A stretch of 64,000 bases of DNA from Eledone cirrhosa (taxonomy: Eukaryota), in the NCBI GenBank assembly GCA_964016885.1, contig OZ024755.1, forward strand, positions 36,518,001 to 36,582,000, in the 5' to 3' direction. The notes below the pieces were generated by a model, which saw only the letters and a program-made list of their open reading frames with translations, was not told the DNA's origin and made no database searches. Below, one piece after another: positions 1 through 13,680 of the stretch; position 1 is the first letter of the stretch; every line of letters starts with the position of its first letter. Made by a program: the position numbers and the translations under genes.

Positions 1-545
1 GTTGTGTAGGTGTCACAACAAAAAGCACCCAGTCCACACTGTAAAGTGGTCATATAGGTGTCACGACAAAAAGCACCCAGTCCACACTGTAAAGTGGTCA
101 TGTAGGCGACACGACAAAAAGCACCCAGTCCACACTGTAAAGTGGTCATGTAGGCGACACGACAAAAAGCACCCAGTCCACACTGTAAAGTGGTCATGTA
201 GGCGACACGACAAAAAGCACCCAGTCCACATTGTAAAGTGGTCATGTAGGTGTCACAACAAAAAGCACCCAGTCCACACTGTAAAGTGGTTGTGATGGCG
301 ACACAACAAAAAGCACCCAGTCCACACTGTAAAGTGGTCGTGTAGGTGTCACGACAAAAAGCACCCAGTCCACACTGTAGATGAGGTTGGTGCTAGGAAG
401 GGCATCCAGCTGTAGAAATCAAACCAAAATCAGTTCTGTATGAGCAAGACATGGTCACCTCACTTGGCATTGCTCACAACAGGACAACTTGTCAAACCCA
501 TGCTAGTGTGGAAGAATGGACATAAAACGGTGATGATGATGATAT
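1..545 (+). mobile_element. RTE-family 3'UTR module with ~8 copies of a 48-bp internal repeat and a (GAT)n tail
   Basis: gtccacactgtaaagtggt recurs every 48 bp over 1-380, then ggaagggcatccagctgtagaa...cccatgctag...gatgatgat. The same module follows the RTE ORF end at 27722-28281. Confidence 0.75.
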
Positions 546-750
546 GTGTCATCACATTCTTGTTATACTCATCAGAGACTTGGACACTATATCAACAGCT
601 TGTCCCAAATTGTCAAAAGACTTCACTAGAGGTCTTGAAGACATATTGAACATCAGTTTGGAAATTTTTTACATCTTACACAAATGTTTTATGACATATT
701 TGAACATATTTCAAAGAAGCCGCCGCAAAGCAAATAAATCTAAAAAATAA

Positions 751-1510
751 TTTGACATTTTCTATGTCAGATGAAAACTGCCAAAATAGCACTTTTCTCA
801 CATAAAAAATACTGAAATTTAACACTTTCAAACACCTGCAAATGTTTTCATATGAACAACAGAAACATTTCTTATAGAAACAATAAATGTTGCTTTTGGT
901 GCAACCATATCATTAATTTTTTTGAAAAAAAAAAAAAATTGAACATTAAACTGGATAAAATTTCAAATAAGTCATCATCATCGTTTAACGTCCATCTTCC
1001 ACGCTAGCATGGATTAATGAAAATAGAAACCTTTTACATTAAAAAAACCTCAAAATAATCTATTTTAATAAATGTTAGAGACATATGTGAGCATGTTTAG
1101 ATGCAACAAAGTGAATATTTCTCAAGATCTTTGACATTTTCTAAGTTCAATGAACTTTTCTCCCATGTCCGGTTATGGCAAGAATTGTGAAGTTTCACAC
1201 ATTCTAAAATTGGACATTTTTTTTTAATCTTAACTGCTAAAGAATGTCTTGTAGAAACAATGTTGCTTTTAGTGCAACCACATCATTAATTGTAAAGAAA
1301 TGTAACATTAATTGAACATTAAGTTGGACGGAATGAGGCAAAATTTCAAATTTCTAACAGGTGTGTGTACTAATGAAAATAAAGACCTTTTTTCATCAAA
1401 AACCTCAAAATATTGCATTTTAACAAATGTACAATCACTTACTAGCATTTCAGAGCATTCTTGAATTCAGCTATGTGAATAATTCTTTAAATATTTGACA
1501 TTTTCTAAGC
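751..1510. repeat. Old diverged tandem duplication (~365-380 bp unit)
   Basis: ttgacattttcta occurs at ~752, ~1131 and ~1495. tagaaacaa..tgttgctttt.gtgcaacca.atcattaatt and aaaacctcaaaata each occur twice. Confidence 0.65.
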
Positions 1511-1539
1511 TGGAAGAAAATGTCTGAGAGGTTCGTAAG

Positions 1540-1800
1540 AGCAAAGTTCTCAGACATGCCTTCTTGAAGGTCCCATCAGCTTCCAAACATGGATGTGGAC
1601 GTTTTCAAGAAACATCTCGACACCCTGCTATCCAGGATCCCGGATGAGCCCACAGTACAATATACAATACAAAGGTAACCTAAGGGCAGCAGCAGCGAAC
1701 TCCCTCTTACACCAATGGCCAGCCAACACAGGCTGGAGATAGAATGTGTAGCAACAAGGGCAGTACCCCAGCATGGCTTCAGCTGGATGAGGTAAAAGAG
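1540..1800 (+). mobile_element. CR1/L2-superfamily LINE 3' end remnant
   Basis: Translates as DVDVFKKHLDTLLSRIPDEP...RAAAANSLLHQ, matching the FK..LD.FL..IPDEP...RAA..NSL C-terminal motif. Confidence 0.6.
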
Positions 1801-2087
1801 TAATATATATATATATATATATAATATAAGATCAAAAGATGGTTAAAGGAGTTCCATGTATTTTATTATGCGCATTTCAAAAACAAACATCATCATGCAA
1901 CAATATTTGTGTTTTCATCAGATAAAACAGGAGAACATGATATGAAGGCTAAAAAACACTTGTGGATAGTGCAGTTTTAAATCAACATATGCATACTATA
2001 TTATGCATACTCCAGTCCTACAAACTGTAGAGTGCTTCTTATCCGATATCTGCATTGCTTTATTGTACTACAATAAAACTCACCTCC

Positions 2088-2125
<38 letters not shown>

Positions 2126-2162
2126 AGAGTTTTGTAGCTTGCTTGAAGCATTGTTGAATAGG

Positions 2163-2454
2163 AAACACAAATTTAAATTTTGAAAACCAAACAATGTGTT
2201 ATGAAGAACATTAGATCACCAAGATAACAAAAGAATCTTACCTTAGCAAATTTAACGATCCCAAATAATTATGTTTGGAGAGTAAGTCAATCCAATCGAT
2301 TTTTAAGGCTCTCTTAGGGTTACTCCCTTGAAAATGGGTTTTTAAGCCCTAAAATATTTGGGATCGTTAAATTTGCTACGGTAAGATTCTTTTATCTTGG
2401 CAATTTAACATTCTTCATAATGCATTGTTCGGCTTTCAAAATTTAAATTTGTTT
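2163..2454. repeat. Fold-back inverted repeat (~105-bp arms)
   Basis: aaatttaaattttgaaa...agaatcttaccttagcaaatttaacgatcccaaata is mirrored by tatttgggatcgttaaatttgctacggtaagattct...tttcaaaatttaaattt. Confidence 0.85.
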
Positions 2455-3057
2455 CATCATCATCATCAACGTTTAACGTCCGTGTTCCACGCTTGCATGG
2501 GTTTGGACGGGGGTAGTCCCACTTGAGGCAAGAGTGATTGTCTTGCTCGCATAGGACTGTCTGGCAGGTTTTCTACAGTTGGATGCCCTTCCTAACACCA
2601 ACCACATTTACAGTGTGGGTCTGGGAGGTTTTTACCGTGTTGCCTACACGGCCACATTACAGCGTGGACTGTGCGTTTTTTTTGTCGTGACACCTACACG
2701 ATCTCATTTGTTTCGGCCTGGATGGTGTGGCACCAACACAACTTTACATAGAACGGGGTGGTGTGGATGGGGTGGGGGTGGTGGGACGGGGGGGGGGGGG
2801 GGGGGGTATTTTGTTAGAGATGCCTACTGGCTGTAGTAGGTTTTACTATGTATTTAGGTAAGGCGGGTCTTCTCTGTTACTGAGTACCGCCAAAGGTCTC
2901 GGTCCAGTGACATTGTCTTGGAGAGGTGTAAGTGTGTGAGGTCGGAGTTTATCAGCTCGTCCCAGGTTTTTCTAGGTCTGCCTATTCCGTGGCTACCGTC
3001 TATCTTTATTGCCCTGCACTTTGTTATACAGCTATCGACTTTCATGCGCATCACGTG
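2455..3057 (-). mobile_element. 5'-truncated RTE LINE (ORF C-terminus, 3'UTR, (GAT)n tail)
   Basis: ORF 2854-3081 reads HVMRM...GRPRKTWDELI...DRDLWR, a typical RTE C-terminus. Confidence 0.85.
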
Positions 3058-3070
3058 TATATATATATAT

Positions 3071-3300
3071 ATCATCATCATTTTACGTCTGTTTTTTCCC
3101 TGCTTGCAAGGGTGGGATGGTCCTATTCAGCACAGCATCTCTCCATTCGTCACAGTCCTTCGCCATCTCCTCCGTGAGCTTCAGCAATTCTGAGGTCAGC
3201 ACTCACCACCTCCGCCCATGATTTTCGTGGTTTTCCTCTACTGCGTCTTCCTTCTACTGGGATTTCTTGGCACTTCTTTATCCAGCGGTCATCCTCCAGG
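3071..3300 (-). mobile_element. RTE LINE 3' end, second subfamily
   Basis: Homologous to 30590-30905 and 60393-60700 (EGR.SRGRP.KTW.EVV..D). Confidence 0.8.
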
Positions 3301-3910
3301 GGATCACTAATGTAGGCGGGAAGCCACTAAAATTGGTTGAGGACTTCCTGTATTTGGGGGCAAAGATTGGGAATATGGAAGATGATGTGGTTGAGAGGGA
3401 GAGCAAAGCCTGGGCAGCGTGCCACAGCTTGAGATCGGTGTGGAAGTCGGACCTTCGTAAAGACCTGAAAATCCGCCTCTTCATTGCTGCAGTGGAGTCT
3501 GTGCTGCTGTACGGGTCTGAGACTTGGACACTGACCAAGAAACTCACTCAGATGGTGGATGGGTGCTACACGAGAATGCTGAGGATGGCTCTGAACATTA
3601 ATCAGTATACACTGAGGATGAAAAACTCAGAGCTGTATGGGAGCCTCCCAAAAGTCAGCTCAAAAGTGACACAAAGGAGACTGGACATGCACACCAACAT
3701 CCAGAGTTGACATGGCACTCAGTGCTCCTGTGGGAGCCCCTACATCGACACACTGGAAGAGGAAGACCAAGGTTAACGTATGTTGATGCCCTAAGGACAT
3801 ACACTGGTCTGTTGGAGACACAGGACACGGCAGCGATAATGAGGGACAGAGACCGCTGGAGAGAACTCGTCCATGGATCTCGGGAATTTTACCCGCCCTA
3901 GAATTACTAC
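3301..3910 (+). mobile_element. RTE LINE 3' fragment, third subfamily
   Basis: LKLVEDFLYLG...AVESVLLYGSETWTLTK...DGCYTRMLRMAL, then LLWEP..GRGRPRLTYVD after a frameshift. Confidence 0.85.
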
Positions 3911-4834
3911 AGCTTCTATCATCATCAATATAATCACAATTGCCAATCATAACTCCTATCACAATCAACTGTGTTGTTAGTGCCAGTCATTAGGTCTGCA
4001 ATCATCATCACCATCATCATCATACAGATGATCAGTTATAATGGCACTGCCATTATCTCACTACAATCATTAAACCGCCTCTCCCCTCCAACAACACCAC
4101 CACCACAAAACATCAACCAACGACAACACCAACGCCACAAAAACATCAACCAATGATCACAACAACAACAACAAAACCTTCTTCTTCCTACCCCACCTCA
4201 CACCAGAAGAACATCGAAACATGTCATCAATTGCAGGAACCACTGCACCACCAAACTACCACCGACACCACCACGACACTAGCTTTTGCATATTACATCT
4301 CAATAAATTCACCACAATCTCCGGCTATATCAACTATCAAATTAATTATTGCCTGGAAGAAGTAGACCTCCCTTAGCCTTTAGCTGTAAGCAGAACACTT
4401 GAAAGCTTCATGCGATATGGTCCCATCTTCAACCCTAATTACCATTTTCACTGACTCATCATTCATTGAGATAACTATTGCTTTATTACAAGCAATAAAA
4501 GCCTGCATGTGGATGTTAGCTTCCTTCAATTCAACCTCTTGCTCCACCATTCTCTCTTTTTTTCACTAACTCCAAACCTCTCTCTCTCCACCTCTACACA
4601 CACCCTTCCCTCTCCTACACTTCTACACACAGTCAAATACATGTTTTAATATATTAATTCTACTAATATTCTACCTAATTAAAGGAAATGAAATCTGTTT
4701 GTTTAGGGGGGTTTTTTTGGTGGGGGTGGAGGGATGGGGTGAAGGGGTGAAAGGGGTGTGTGTTTTAATACATGTTGAGTATTCATGTAAACAGAAAGCA
4801 TCTAAAGAAAATTGATAAAGAAATAAAACATTGA

Positions 4835-5160
4835 TGAAGATGGTGGTGTTGGGGGGGAGGGGTGAAGATGGTGGTGGTAAATGGTGATGATGATGATGTT
4901 GGGGTGGGGGTGATGAAGATGGTGGGGTGGTGAAGATGGTAGTGGTGGTGGTAGTGATGATCGAGATGGTGGTGGAGATGGTGAAGATGATGAAGATAGG
5001 GGGGGGGGGTGATAATGAAGACGATGATGGTGATGGTAGTGATGATGGTGGTGGTGGTGAAGATGATGGTGATTAAGATGAAGATGGTGGTGATTAAGAT
5101 GAAGATGGTGGTGATGATGATGATGATGATAATGAAGATGGAGGTGGTGAAGATGATGAT
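4835..5160. repeat. Low-complexity (GAT/GGT)n tract
   Basis: Degenerate trinucleotide runs. Confidence 0.85.
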
Positions 5161-5703
5161 TTTTTTTCTTGGTATAATTTCCATAATGGTAATAAAGAGT
5201 GAATTGAACTCCCCACCTGTATACTATCAGTACATAGTCACAGTGTCAACCTTTGGCAGACATAAGATAAAGTTACTCCCAGTTGGACCTGACCTTTTTG
5301 ACAAAAACTAAATATGCAGTTTATTCTTTTTTTTCCTTTTTACACTGAAGAAACTGTAGATTCTGTTTGATGGATGCCAGTTTCCTTCAACACATTGTCC
5401 TATTAATATTTATGAAGAACACAGTATGTTATGAGGCTTAAGATAAATTTAGTGTTGATATAACTAGAGTTTTAGAATTAGATAACATACTGTGGAAAAA
5501 AATCATGAAACATAAACACACTTTATATTCCTTTTGTACACAGAAAAGCGATGTTTGTCTCTTCAACGAATGATAACATCCTTATGAATCTTTTTACAGG
5601 GGTATCTTATAGCGGTTGCTATTTATAGCAAAATGGATGTAAAACATAAAATTGTTAGTCTTATTCGACTGATGTATCTTCATTTGGCAAAATAATTGAT
5701 TAA

Positions 5704-7110
5704 CCCATTACCATTTACATTACTCTATATATACTATTGTATTTTCACAGTAAAGGCTTTACCTCACATAATTATCTCATAATTCATCATCATCATCATC
5801 ATCGTTTAATGTCCCTGTTCCACGCTTGCATGGGTTTGGACGGGAGTTTTCCCACTTGAGGCAAGAGTGATTGTCTTGCTCGCATAGGACTGTCTGGCCG
5901 GTTTTCTACAGTTGGATGCCCTTCCTAACACCAACCACATTTACAGTGTGGGGCTGGGAGGTTTTTACCGTGTTGCCTACACGGCCACATTACAGCGTGG
6001 ACTGTCTGGCGTGTTTTCTACAGCTGGATGCCCTTCCTAACACCAACCACATTTACAGTGTGGGACTGGGAGGTTTTTACCGTGTTGCCTACACGGCCAC
6101 ATTACAGTGTGGACTGTGTGTTTTTTGTCGTGACACCTACACGATCTCATTTGTTTCGGCCTGGATGTTGTGGCACCAACATAACTTTGCATTGAAGGGG
6201 GCGGTGTGGATGGGGTGGGACGGGGGTGTATTTTGTTAGAGATGCCTACCGACTAGTAGGTTTTACTTTGTATTTAGGTAAGGCAGGTCTTCTCTGTTAC
6301 TGAGTACTGCCAAAGGTCTCGGTCCAGTGACATTGTCTTGGAGAGGTGTAAGTGTGTGAGGTCGGAATTTATCAGCTCGTCCCAGGTTTTCCTGGGTCTG
6401 CCTACTCTGTGGCTACCATCTATCTTTATTGCCCTGCACTTTGTTATACAGCTGTCGTCTTTCATGCGCATCACGTGACCATACCAACGTAGCCTTCTCT
6501 CGAGTAAACAACATCTGATCCCTCTTATTTCTAATTTTTTTCCTTAGTTCGTTTATGCTTTGCCGTTCACATATATTACTATTACACATCCAGCGGAGCA
6601 TGCAAGCTTCGTTCCTCTCTAGTCTGCGTATATCCTCTGCACACAATGCCCAGGTCTCACTGCCATGCAACAATGCTGTTCGTATGCAGGCATCATACAA
6701 CCTACCTTTCATTTTTAGGGAGAACCCTTTAGCGGCTAATAGTGGTATAAGCTCTCTGAACTTTTTCCATCCAGTTCTGACTCTAGCTACTGTACTTTCA
6801 GAGCACCCTCCCCCACTGCTGATTTTGTCACCCAGGTAACGGAAGCTGTCCACTATTTCTATAGAACCCTCTGCGCAATTGAAAGAGTTAGTATTTTGTG
6901 GGCACTTGCTGCTACTTATTGCACCAGAGCACCGGCCACATGTAATTATTATTATTATTATTATTATAATATTGAATGTATGAGATTTTGATATTATTTA
7001 TTTTGAGAACAATACCTTAATATCAGTATGAGTGGCCAGTTTCAGCCGGATTGAACAGAAAATAGTGAAAGAATTCTGGCCAGATACAGCTGGTTTAAAT
7101 ACTTAAGGAT
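5704..7110 (+). mobile_element. piggyBac-like MITE interrupted by an RTE insertion
   Basis: The TTAA-CCC start at 5700 matches the MITE at 28287. The MITE resumes at ~6965 (aatattgaatgtatgagattttg). Confidence 0.7.
5785..6945 (-). mobile_element. 5'-truncated RTE LINE
   Basis: DSFRYLGDKIS...LLHGSETWAL..WMC and GRPRKTWDELI. The 3'UTR has a 112-bp internal duplication. Confidence 0.9.
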
Positions 7111-7158
7111 TCAGTAGTAAATATTAATGCAAAACAATATATATTGAAAGGTTTTTAA

Positions 7159-7378
7159 CCCTTTAGCATTTAAACCAGCCATATCCAGCCATAATTCTCT
7201 CACATCTTTCTGGTCAAACTGGCTGTAACTGGCCGCTCATACTAAAGTTAAGGCATTGTTCTCAAAATAAATAACATCAAAACCACATAAATTCAATATT
7301 ATGTGAGGTAATTATATGAGATAAAGCCTTTACACAAAAATACAATAGTAAATATAGAGTAATGTAAATACTAAAGGG
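7159..7378 (-). mobile_element. piggyBac-like MITE (~220 bp)
   Basis: TTAA|CCCTTTAG...CTAAAGGG|TTAA termini. It is the reverse complement of the family at 28287-28501. Confidence 0.8.
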
Positions 7379-7794
7379 TTAAACCAACCGTATCCGGCTA
7401 GAATTCTCTCACCTTTTTCAGTCCAAACCAGCCGTAACCTCAAATGAGATGGTCACATGGTGGGCTGGTTAAACTGTACATAGATGTGAGCTGTAGCATC
7501 AACAAAACTTTTCAGTGCCAAAAGAACTTCTGATTGTCAAAATTTCTGTTGGAATCAAAAGCTCATCGGACGTCTGTTATGGTAATGACAGAATGATTCC
7601 CTTACATCGAGTGCTCACTTTGGTAAACCTACAGTACCTCGATGCTGCCGTCCACCGGGAAAATGCCTTCTCCATTCTGTCCGCCGGGGCTGTGGGTGGG
7701 CCCCATCGCGTATCATTTTTGTAAATATAACAACAATCTATCCAACTCTATATATACTATTGTATTTTTATATCCCTTAACTATATATATATAT

Positions 7795-7983
7795 AATTGT
7801 TTCTACTTTAGGCACAAGGCCAGCAATTACCCAGTGCATTACTGGTACTTTATTTTATCGACCCCGTAAGGATGAAAGGCAAAGTCAACCTCGGCGAGAT
7901 TTGAACTCAGATCGTAAAGGGACGTAACTATGCTGGAAAGCATGGCGTCCGACCCTCTACCGATACTGCCAATCCACCGCCCT
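7795..7983 (-). mobile_element. tRNA-derived SINE (family A)
   Basis: A box tggcagtatcggtag, B box gagttcaaat, and core ctttgcctttcatccttacggggtcgataaaataaagtaccag. About 15 copies in the window. Confidence 0.85.
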
Positions 7984-8146
7984 TATATATATATATAATC
8001 ATTACTATTTAGTATCTATTTTCTATGCTTACAATAGTTAGACAGGTTCTCATGTTTTGAGCCTTCGCAGGTCAAGTGACCATGTCTTGTTCATATATTC
8101 CATTTTTTTGGTATCATTTCTAAAGCTTACTCTTTCTACAGCCAAC

Positions 8147-11100
8147 CACTTTACAGTGTATACTGGGCAAATTTTATTGTGACACAAGTGCTAGAACTTT
8201 ACAATGTGTGCTGTGTACATTATATCATGACACCACCTCTACCACTTTACAGTGTGTACTTGGTACATTATATCATGACACTATCTCTACCACTTTACAG
8301 TGTGTGCTGGGTACATTATATCATGACACAATCTCTACCACTTTACAGTGTGTACTGGGTATATTATATCATGACACTATCTCTACCACTTTACAGTGTG
8401 TGCTGGGTACATTATATCATGACACTATCTCTACCACTTTACAGTGTGTGCTGGGTATATTATATCATGACATTATCTCTACCACTTTACAGTGTGTACT
8501 GGGTACATTATATCATGACACCACCTCTACCACTTTACAGTGTGTACTGGGTACATTATATCATGACACTATCTCTACCACTTTACAGTGTGTGCTGGGT
8601 ACATTATATCATGACACTATCTCTACCACTTTACAGTGTGTACTGGGTACATTATATCATGACACTATCTCTACCACTTTACAGTGTGTGCTGGGTACAT
8701 TATATCATGACACCACCTCTACCACTTTACAGTGTGTGCTGGGTACATTATATCATGACACCACCTCTACCACTTTACAGTGTGTGCTGGGTACATTATA
8801 TCATGACACCACCTCTACCACTTTACAGTGTGTGCTGGGTACGTTATATCATGACACTATCTCTACCACTTTACAGTGTGTACTGGGTACATTATATCAT
8901 GACACTATCTCTACCACTTTACAGTGTGTACTGGGTACATTATATCATGACATTATCTCTACCACTTTACAGTGTGTACTGGGTATATTATATCATGACA
9001 CTATCTCTACCACTTTACAGTGTGTGCTGGGTACATTATATCATGACACCACCTCTACCACTTTACAGTGTGTGCTGGGTACATTATATCATGACACCAC
9101 CTCTACCACTTTACAGTGTGTACTGGGTACATTATATCATGACACCACCTCTACCACTTTACAGTGTGTACTGGGTATATTATATCATGACATTATCTCT
9201 ACCACTTTACAGTGTGTGCTGGGTACATTATATCATGACACCACCTCTACCACTTTACAGTGTGTGCTGGGTACATTATATCATGACACCACCTCTACCA
9301 CTTTACAGTGTGTGCTGGGTACATTATATCATGACACCACCTCTACCACTTTACAGTGTGTACTTGGTACATTATATCATGACACTATCTCTACCACTTT
9401 ACAGTGTGTGCTGGGTACATTATATCATGACACAATCTCTACCACTTTACAGTGTGTACTGGGTATATTATATCATGACACTATCTCTACCACTTTACAG
9501 TGTGTGCTGGGTACATTATATCATGACACTATCTCTACCACTTTACAGTGTGTGCTGGGTATATTATATCATGACATTATCTCTACCACTTTACAGTGTG
9601 TACTGGGTACATTATATCATGACACCACCTCTACCACTTTACAGTGTGTACTGGGTACATTATATCATGACACTATCTCTACCACTTTACAGTGTGTGCT
9701 GGGTACATTATATCATGACACCACCTCTACCACTTTACAGTGTGTGCTGGGTACGTTATATCATGACACTATCTCTACCACTTTACAGTGTGTACTGGGT
9801 ACATTATATCATGACACTATCTCTACCACTTTACAGTGTGTACTGGGTACATTATATCATGACATTATCTCTACCACTTTACAGTGTGTACTGGGTATAT
9901 TATATCATGACACTATCTCTACCACTTTACAGTGTGTGCTGGGTACATTATATCATGACACCACCTCTACCACTTTACAGTGTGTGCTGGGTACATTATA
10001 TCATGACACCACCTCTACCACTTTACAGTGTGTACTGGGTACATTATATCATGACACCACCTCTACCACTTTACAGTGTGTACTGGGTATATTATATCAT
10101 GACATTATCTCTACCACTTTACAGTGTGTGCTGGGTACATTATATCATGACACCACCTCTACCACTTTACAGTGTGTGCTGGGTACATTATATCATGACA
10201 CCACCTCTACCACTTTACAGTGTGTGCTGGGTACATTATATCATGACACCACCTCTACCACTTTACAGTGTGTGCTGGGTACATTATATCATGACACTAT
10301 CTCTACCACTTTACAGTGTGTGCTGGGTATATTATATCATGACACTATCTCTACCACTTTACAGTGTGTGCTGGGTACATTATATCATGACACCATCTCT
10401 ACCACTTTACAATGTGTACTGGGTACATTATATCATGACACTATCTCTACCAACTGGGTATATTATATCATGACACCACCTCTACCACTTTACAGTGTGT
10501 GCTGGCTACATTATATCATGACACTATCTCTACCACTTTACAGTGTGTGCTGGGTATATTATATCATGACATTATCTCTACCACTTTACAGTGTGTGCTG
10601 GGTACATTATATCATGACACCACCTCTACCACTTTACAGTGTGTACTGGGTACATTATATCATGACACCACCTCTACCACTTTACAGTGTGTACTGGGTA
10701 TATTATATCATGACACCACCTCTACCACTTTACAGTGTGTGCTGGGTATATTATATCATGACATTATCTCTACCACTTTACAGTGTGTACTGGGTACATT
10801 ATATCATGACAATATCTCTACCACTTTACAGTGTGTGCTGGGTACATTATATCATGACACCACCTCTACCACTTTACAGTGTGTACTGGGTACATTATAT
10901 CATGACACTATCTCTACCACTTTACAGTGTGTGCTGGGTACATTATATCATGACACCACCTCTACCACTTTACAGTGTGTACTGGGTACATTATATCATG
11001 ACACTATCTCTACCACTTTACAGTGTGTACTGGGTACATTATATCATGACATTATCTCTACCACTTTACAGTGTGTACTGGGTACATTATATCATGACAC

Positions 11101-13680
11101 TATCTCTACCACTTTACAGTGTGTACTGGGTACATTATATCATGACACTATCTCTACCACTTTACAGTGTGTGCTGGGTATATTATATCATGACATTATC
11201 TCTACCACTTTACAGTGTGTGCTGGGTACATTATATCATGACACCATCTCTAATACTTTACAGTGTGTGCTGGGTACATTATATCATGACACCACCTCTA
11301 CCACTTTACAGTGTGTGCTGGGTACATTATATCATGACACTATCTCTACCACTTTACAGTGTGTACTGGGTACATTATATCATGACACCATCTCTACCAC
11401 TTTACAGTGTGTGCTGGGTACATTATATCATGACATTATCTCTACCACTTTACAGTGTACTGGGTACATTATATCATGACACCACCTCTACCACTTTACA
11501 GTGTGTGCTGGGTATATTATATCATGACACTATCTCTACCACTTTACAGTGTGTACTGGGTACATTATATCATGACACTATCTCTACCACTTTACAGTGT
11601 GTGCTGGGTATATTATATCATGACATTATCTCTACCACTTTACAGTGTGTACTGGGTACATTATATCATGACAATATCTCTACCACTTTACAGTGTGTGC
11701 TGGGTACATTATATCATGACACCACCTCTACCACTTTACAGTGTGTACTGGCTACATTATATCATGACACTATCTCTACCACTTTACAGTGTGTGCTGGG
11801 TACATTATATCATGACACCACCTCTACCACTTTACAGTGTGTACTGGGTACATTATATCATGACACTATCTCTACCACTTTACAGTGTGTACTGGGTACA
11901 TTATATCATGACATTATCTCTACCACTTTACAGTGTGTACTGGGTACATTATATCATGACACTATCTCTACCACTTTACAGTGTGTACTGGGTACATTAT
12001 ATCATGACACTATCTCTACCACTTTACAGTGTGTGCTGGGTATATTATATCATGACATTATCTCTACCACTTTACAGTGTGTGCTGGGTACATTATATCA
12101 TGACACCATCTCTAACACTTTACAGTGTGTGCTGGGTACATTATATCATGACACCACCTCTACCACTTTACAGTGTGTGCTGGGTACATTATATCATGAC
12201 ACTATCTCTACCACTTTACAGTGTGTACTGGGTACATTATATCATGACACTATCTCTACCACTTTACAATGTGTACTGGGTACATTATATTATGACACCA
12301 TCTCTACCACTTTACAGTGTGTACTGGGTATATTATATCATGACACCACCTCTACCACTTTACAGTGTGTACTGGGTATATTATATCATGACACTATCTC
12401 TACCACTTTACAGTGTGTGCTGGGTACATTATATCATGACACTATCTCTACCACTTTACAGTGTGTACTGGGTACGTTATATCATGACACTATCTCTACC
12501 ACTTTACAGTGTGTACTGGGTACATTATATCATGACACCTATCTCTACCACTTTACAGTGTGTACTGGGTACATTATATCATGACACCACCTCTACCACT
12601 TTACAGTGTGTACTGGGTATATTATATCATGACACCACCTCTACCACTTTACAGTGTGTGCTGGGTACATTATATCATGACACCACCTCTACCACTTTAC
12701 AGTGTGTGCTGAGTACATTATATCATGACACTATCTCTACCACTTTACAGTGGGTACTGGGTACATTATATCATGACACCACCTCTACCACTTTACAGTG
12801 TGTGCTGGGTACATTATATCATGACACTATCTCTACCACTTTACAGTGTGTGCTGGGTACATTATATCATGACACCACCTCTACCACTTTACAGTGTGTG
12901 CTGTGTATATTATATCATGACACTATCTCTACCACTTTACAGTGGGTACTGGGTACATTATATCATGACACTATCTCTACCACTTTACAGTGTGTGCTGA
13001 GTACATTATATCATGACACTATCTCTACCACTTTACAGTGTATACTGGGTACATTATATCATGACACCACCTCTACCACTTTACAGTGTGTGCTGGGTAC
13101 ATTATATCATGACATTATCTCTACCACTTTACAGTGTGTACTGGGTATATTATATCATGACACTATCTCTACCACTTTACAGTGTGTACTGGGTACATTA
13201 TATCATGACACTATCTCTACCACTTTACAGTGTGTGCTGGGTACATTATATCATGACACCACCTCTACCACTTTACAGTGTGTGCTGGGTACATTATATC
13301 ATGACACCACCTCTACCACTTTACAGTGTGTGCTGAGTACATTATATCATGACACTATCTCTACCACTTTACAGTGTGTGCTGGGTACATTATATCATGA
13401 CACTATCTCTACCACTTTACAGTGTGTGCTGAGTACATTATATCATGACACTATCTCTACCACTTTACAGTGTGTGCTGGGTACATTATATCATGACACT
13501 ATCTCTACCACTTTACAGTGTGTACTGGATACATTATATCATGACACTATCTCTACCACTTTACAGTGTATACTGGGTACATTATGTCATGACACTATCT
13601 CTACCACTTTACAGTGTGTGCTGGGTACATTATATCATGACACTATCTCTACCACTTTACAGTGTGGGCTGGGTGCATTT
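8147..13680. repeat. 48-bp minisatellite, ~115 copies, derived from the RTE 3'UTR repeat
   Basis: Unit ccactttacagtgtgt(a/g)ctgggtacattatatcatgacac(ta/ca)(t/c)ctcta. Both flanks grade into a diverged RTE-3'UTR module. Confidence 0.95.

Noticed and set aside
4378-4550. 56-aa minus-strand ORF MVEQEVELKE...
   Set aside because: Short, with no homology or other support.
4783-5311. His/Ile/Met-rich ORFs
   Set aside because: Translations of trinucleotide low-complexity sequence.
7900-7983. tRNA genes
   Set aside because: The A/B boxes are SINE heads joined to a SINE core and tail, with no intact cloverleaf.
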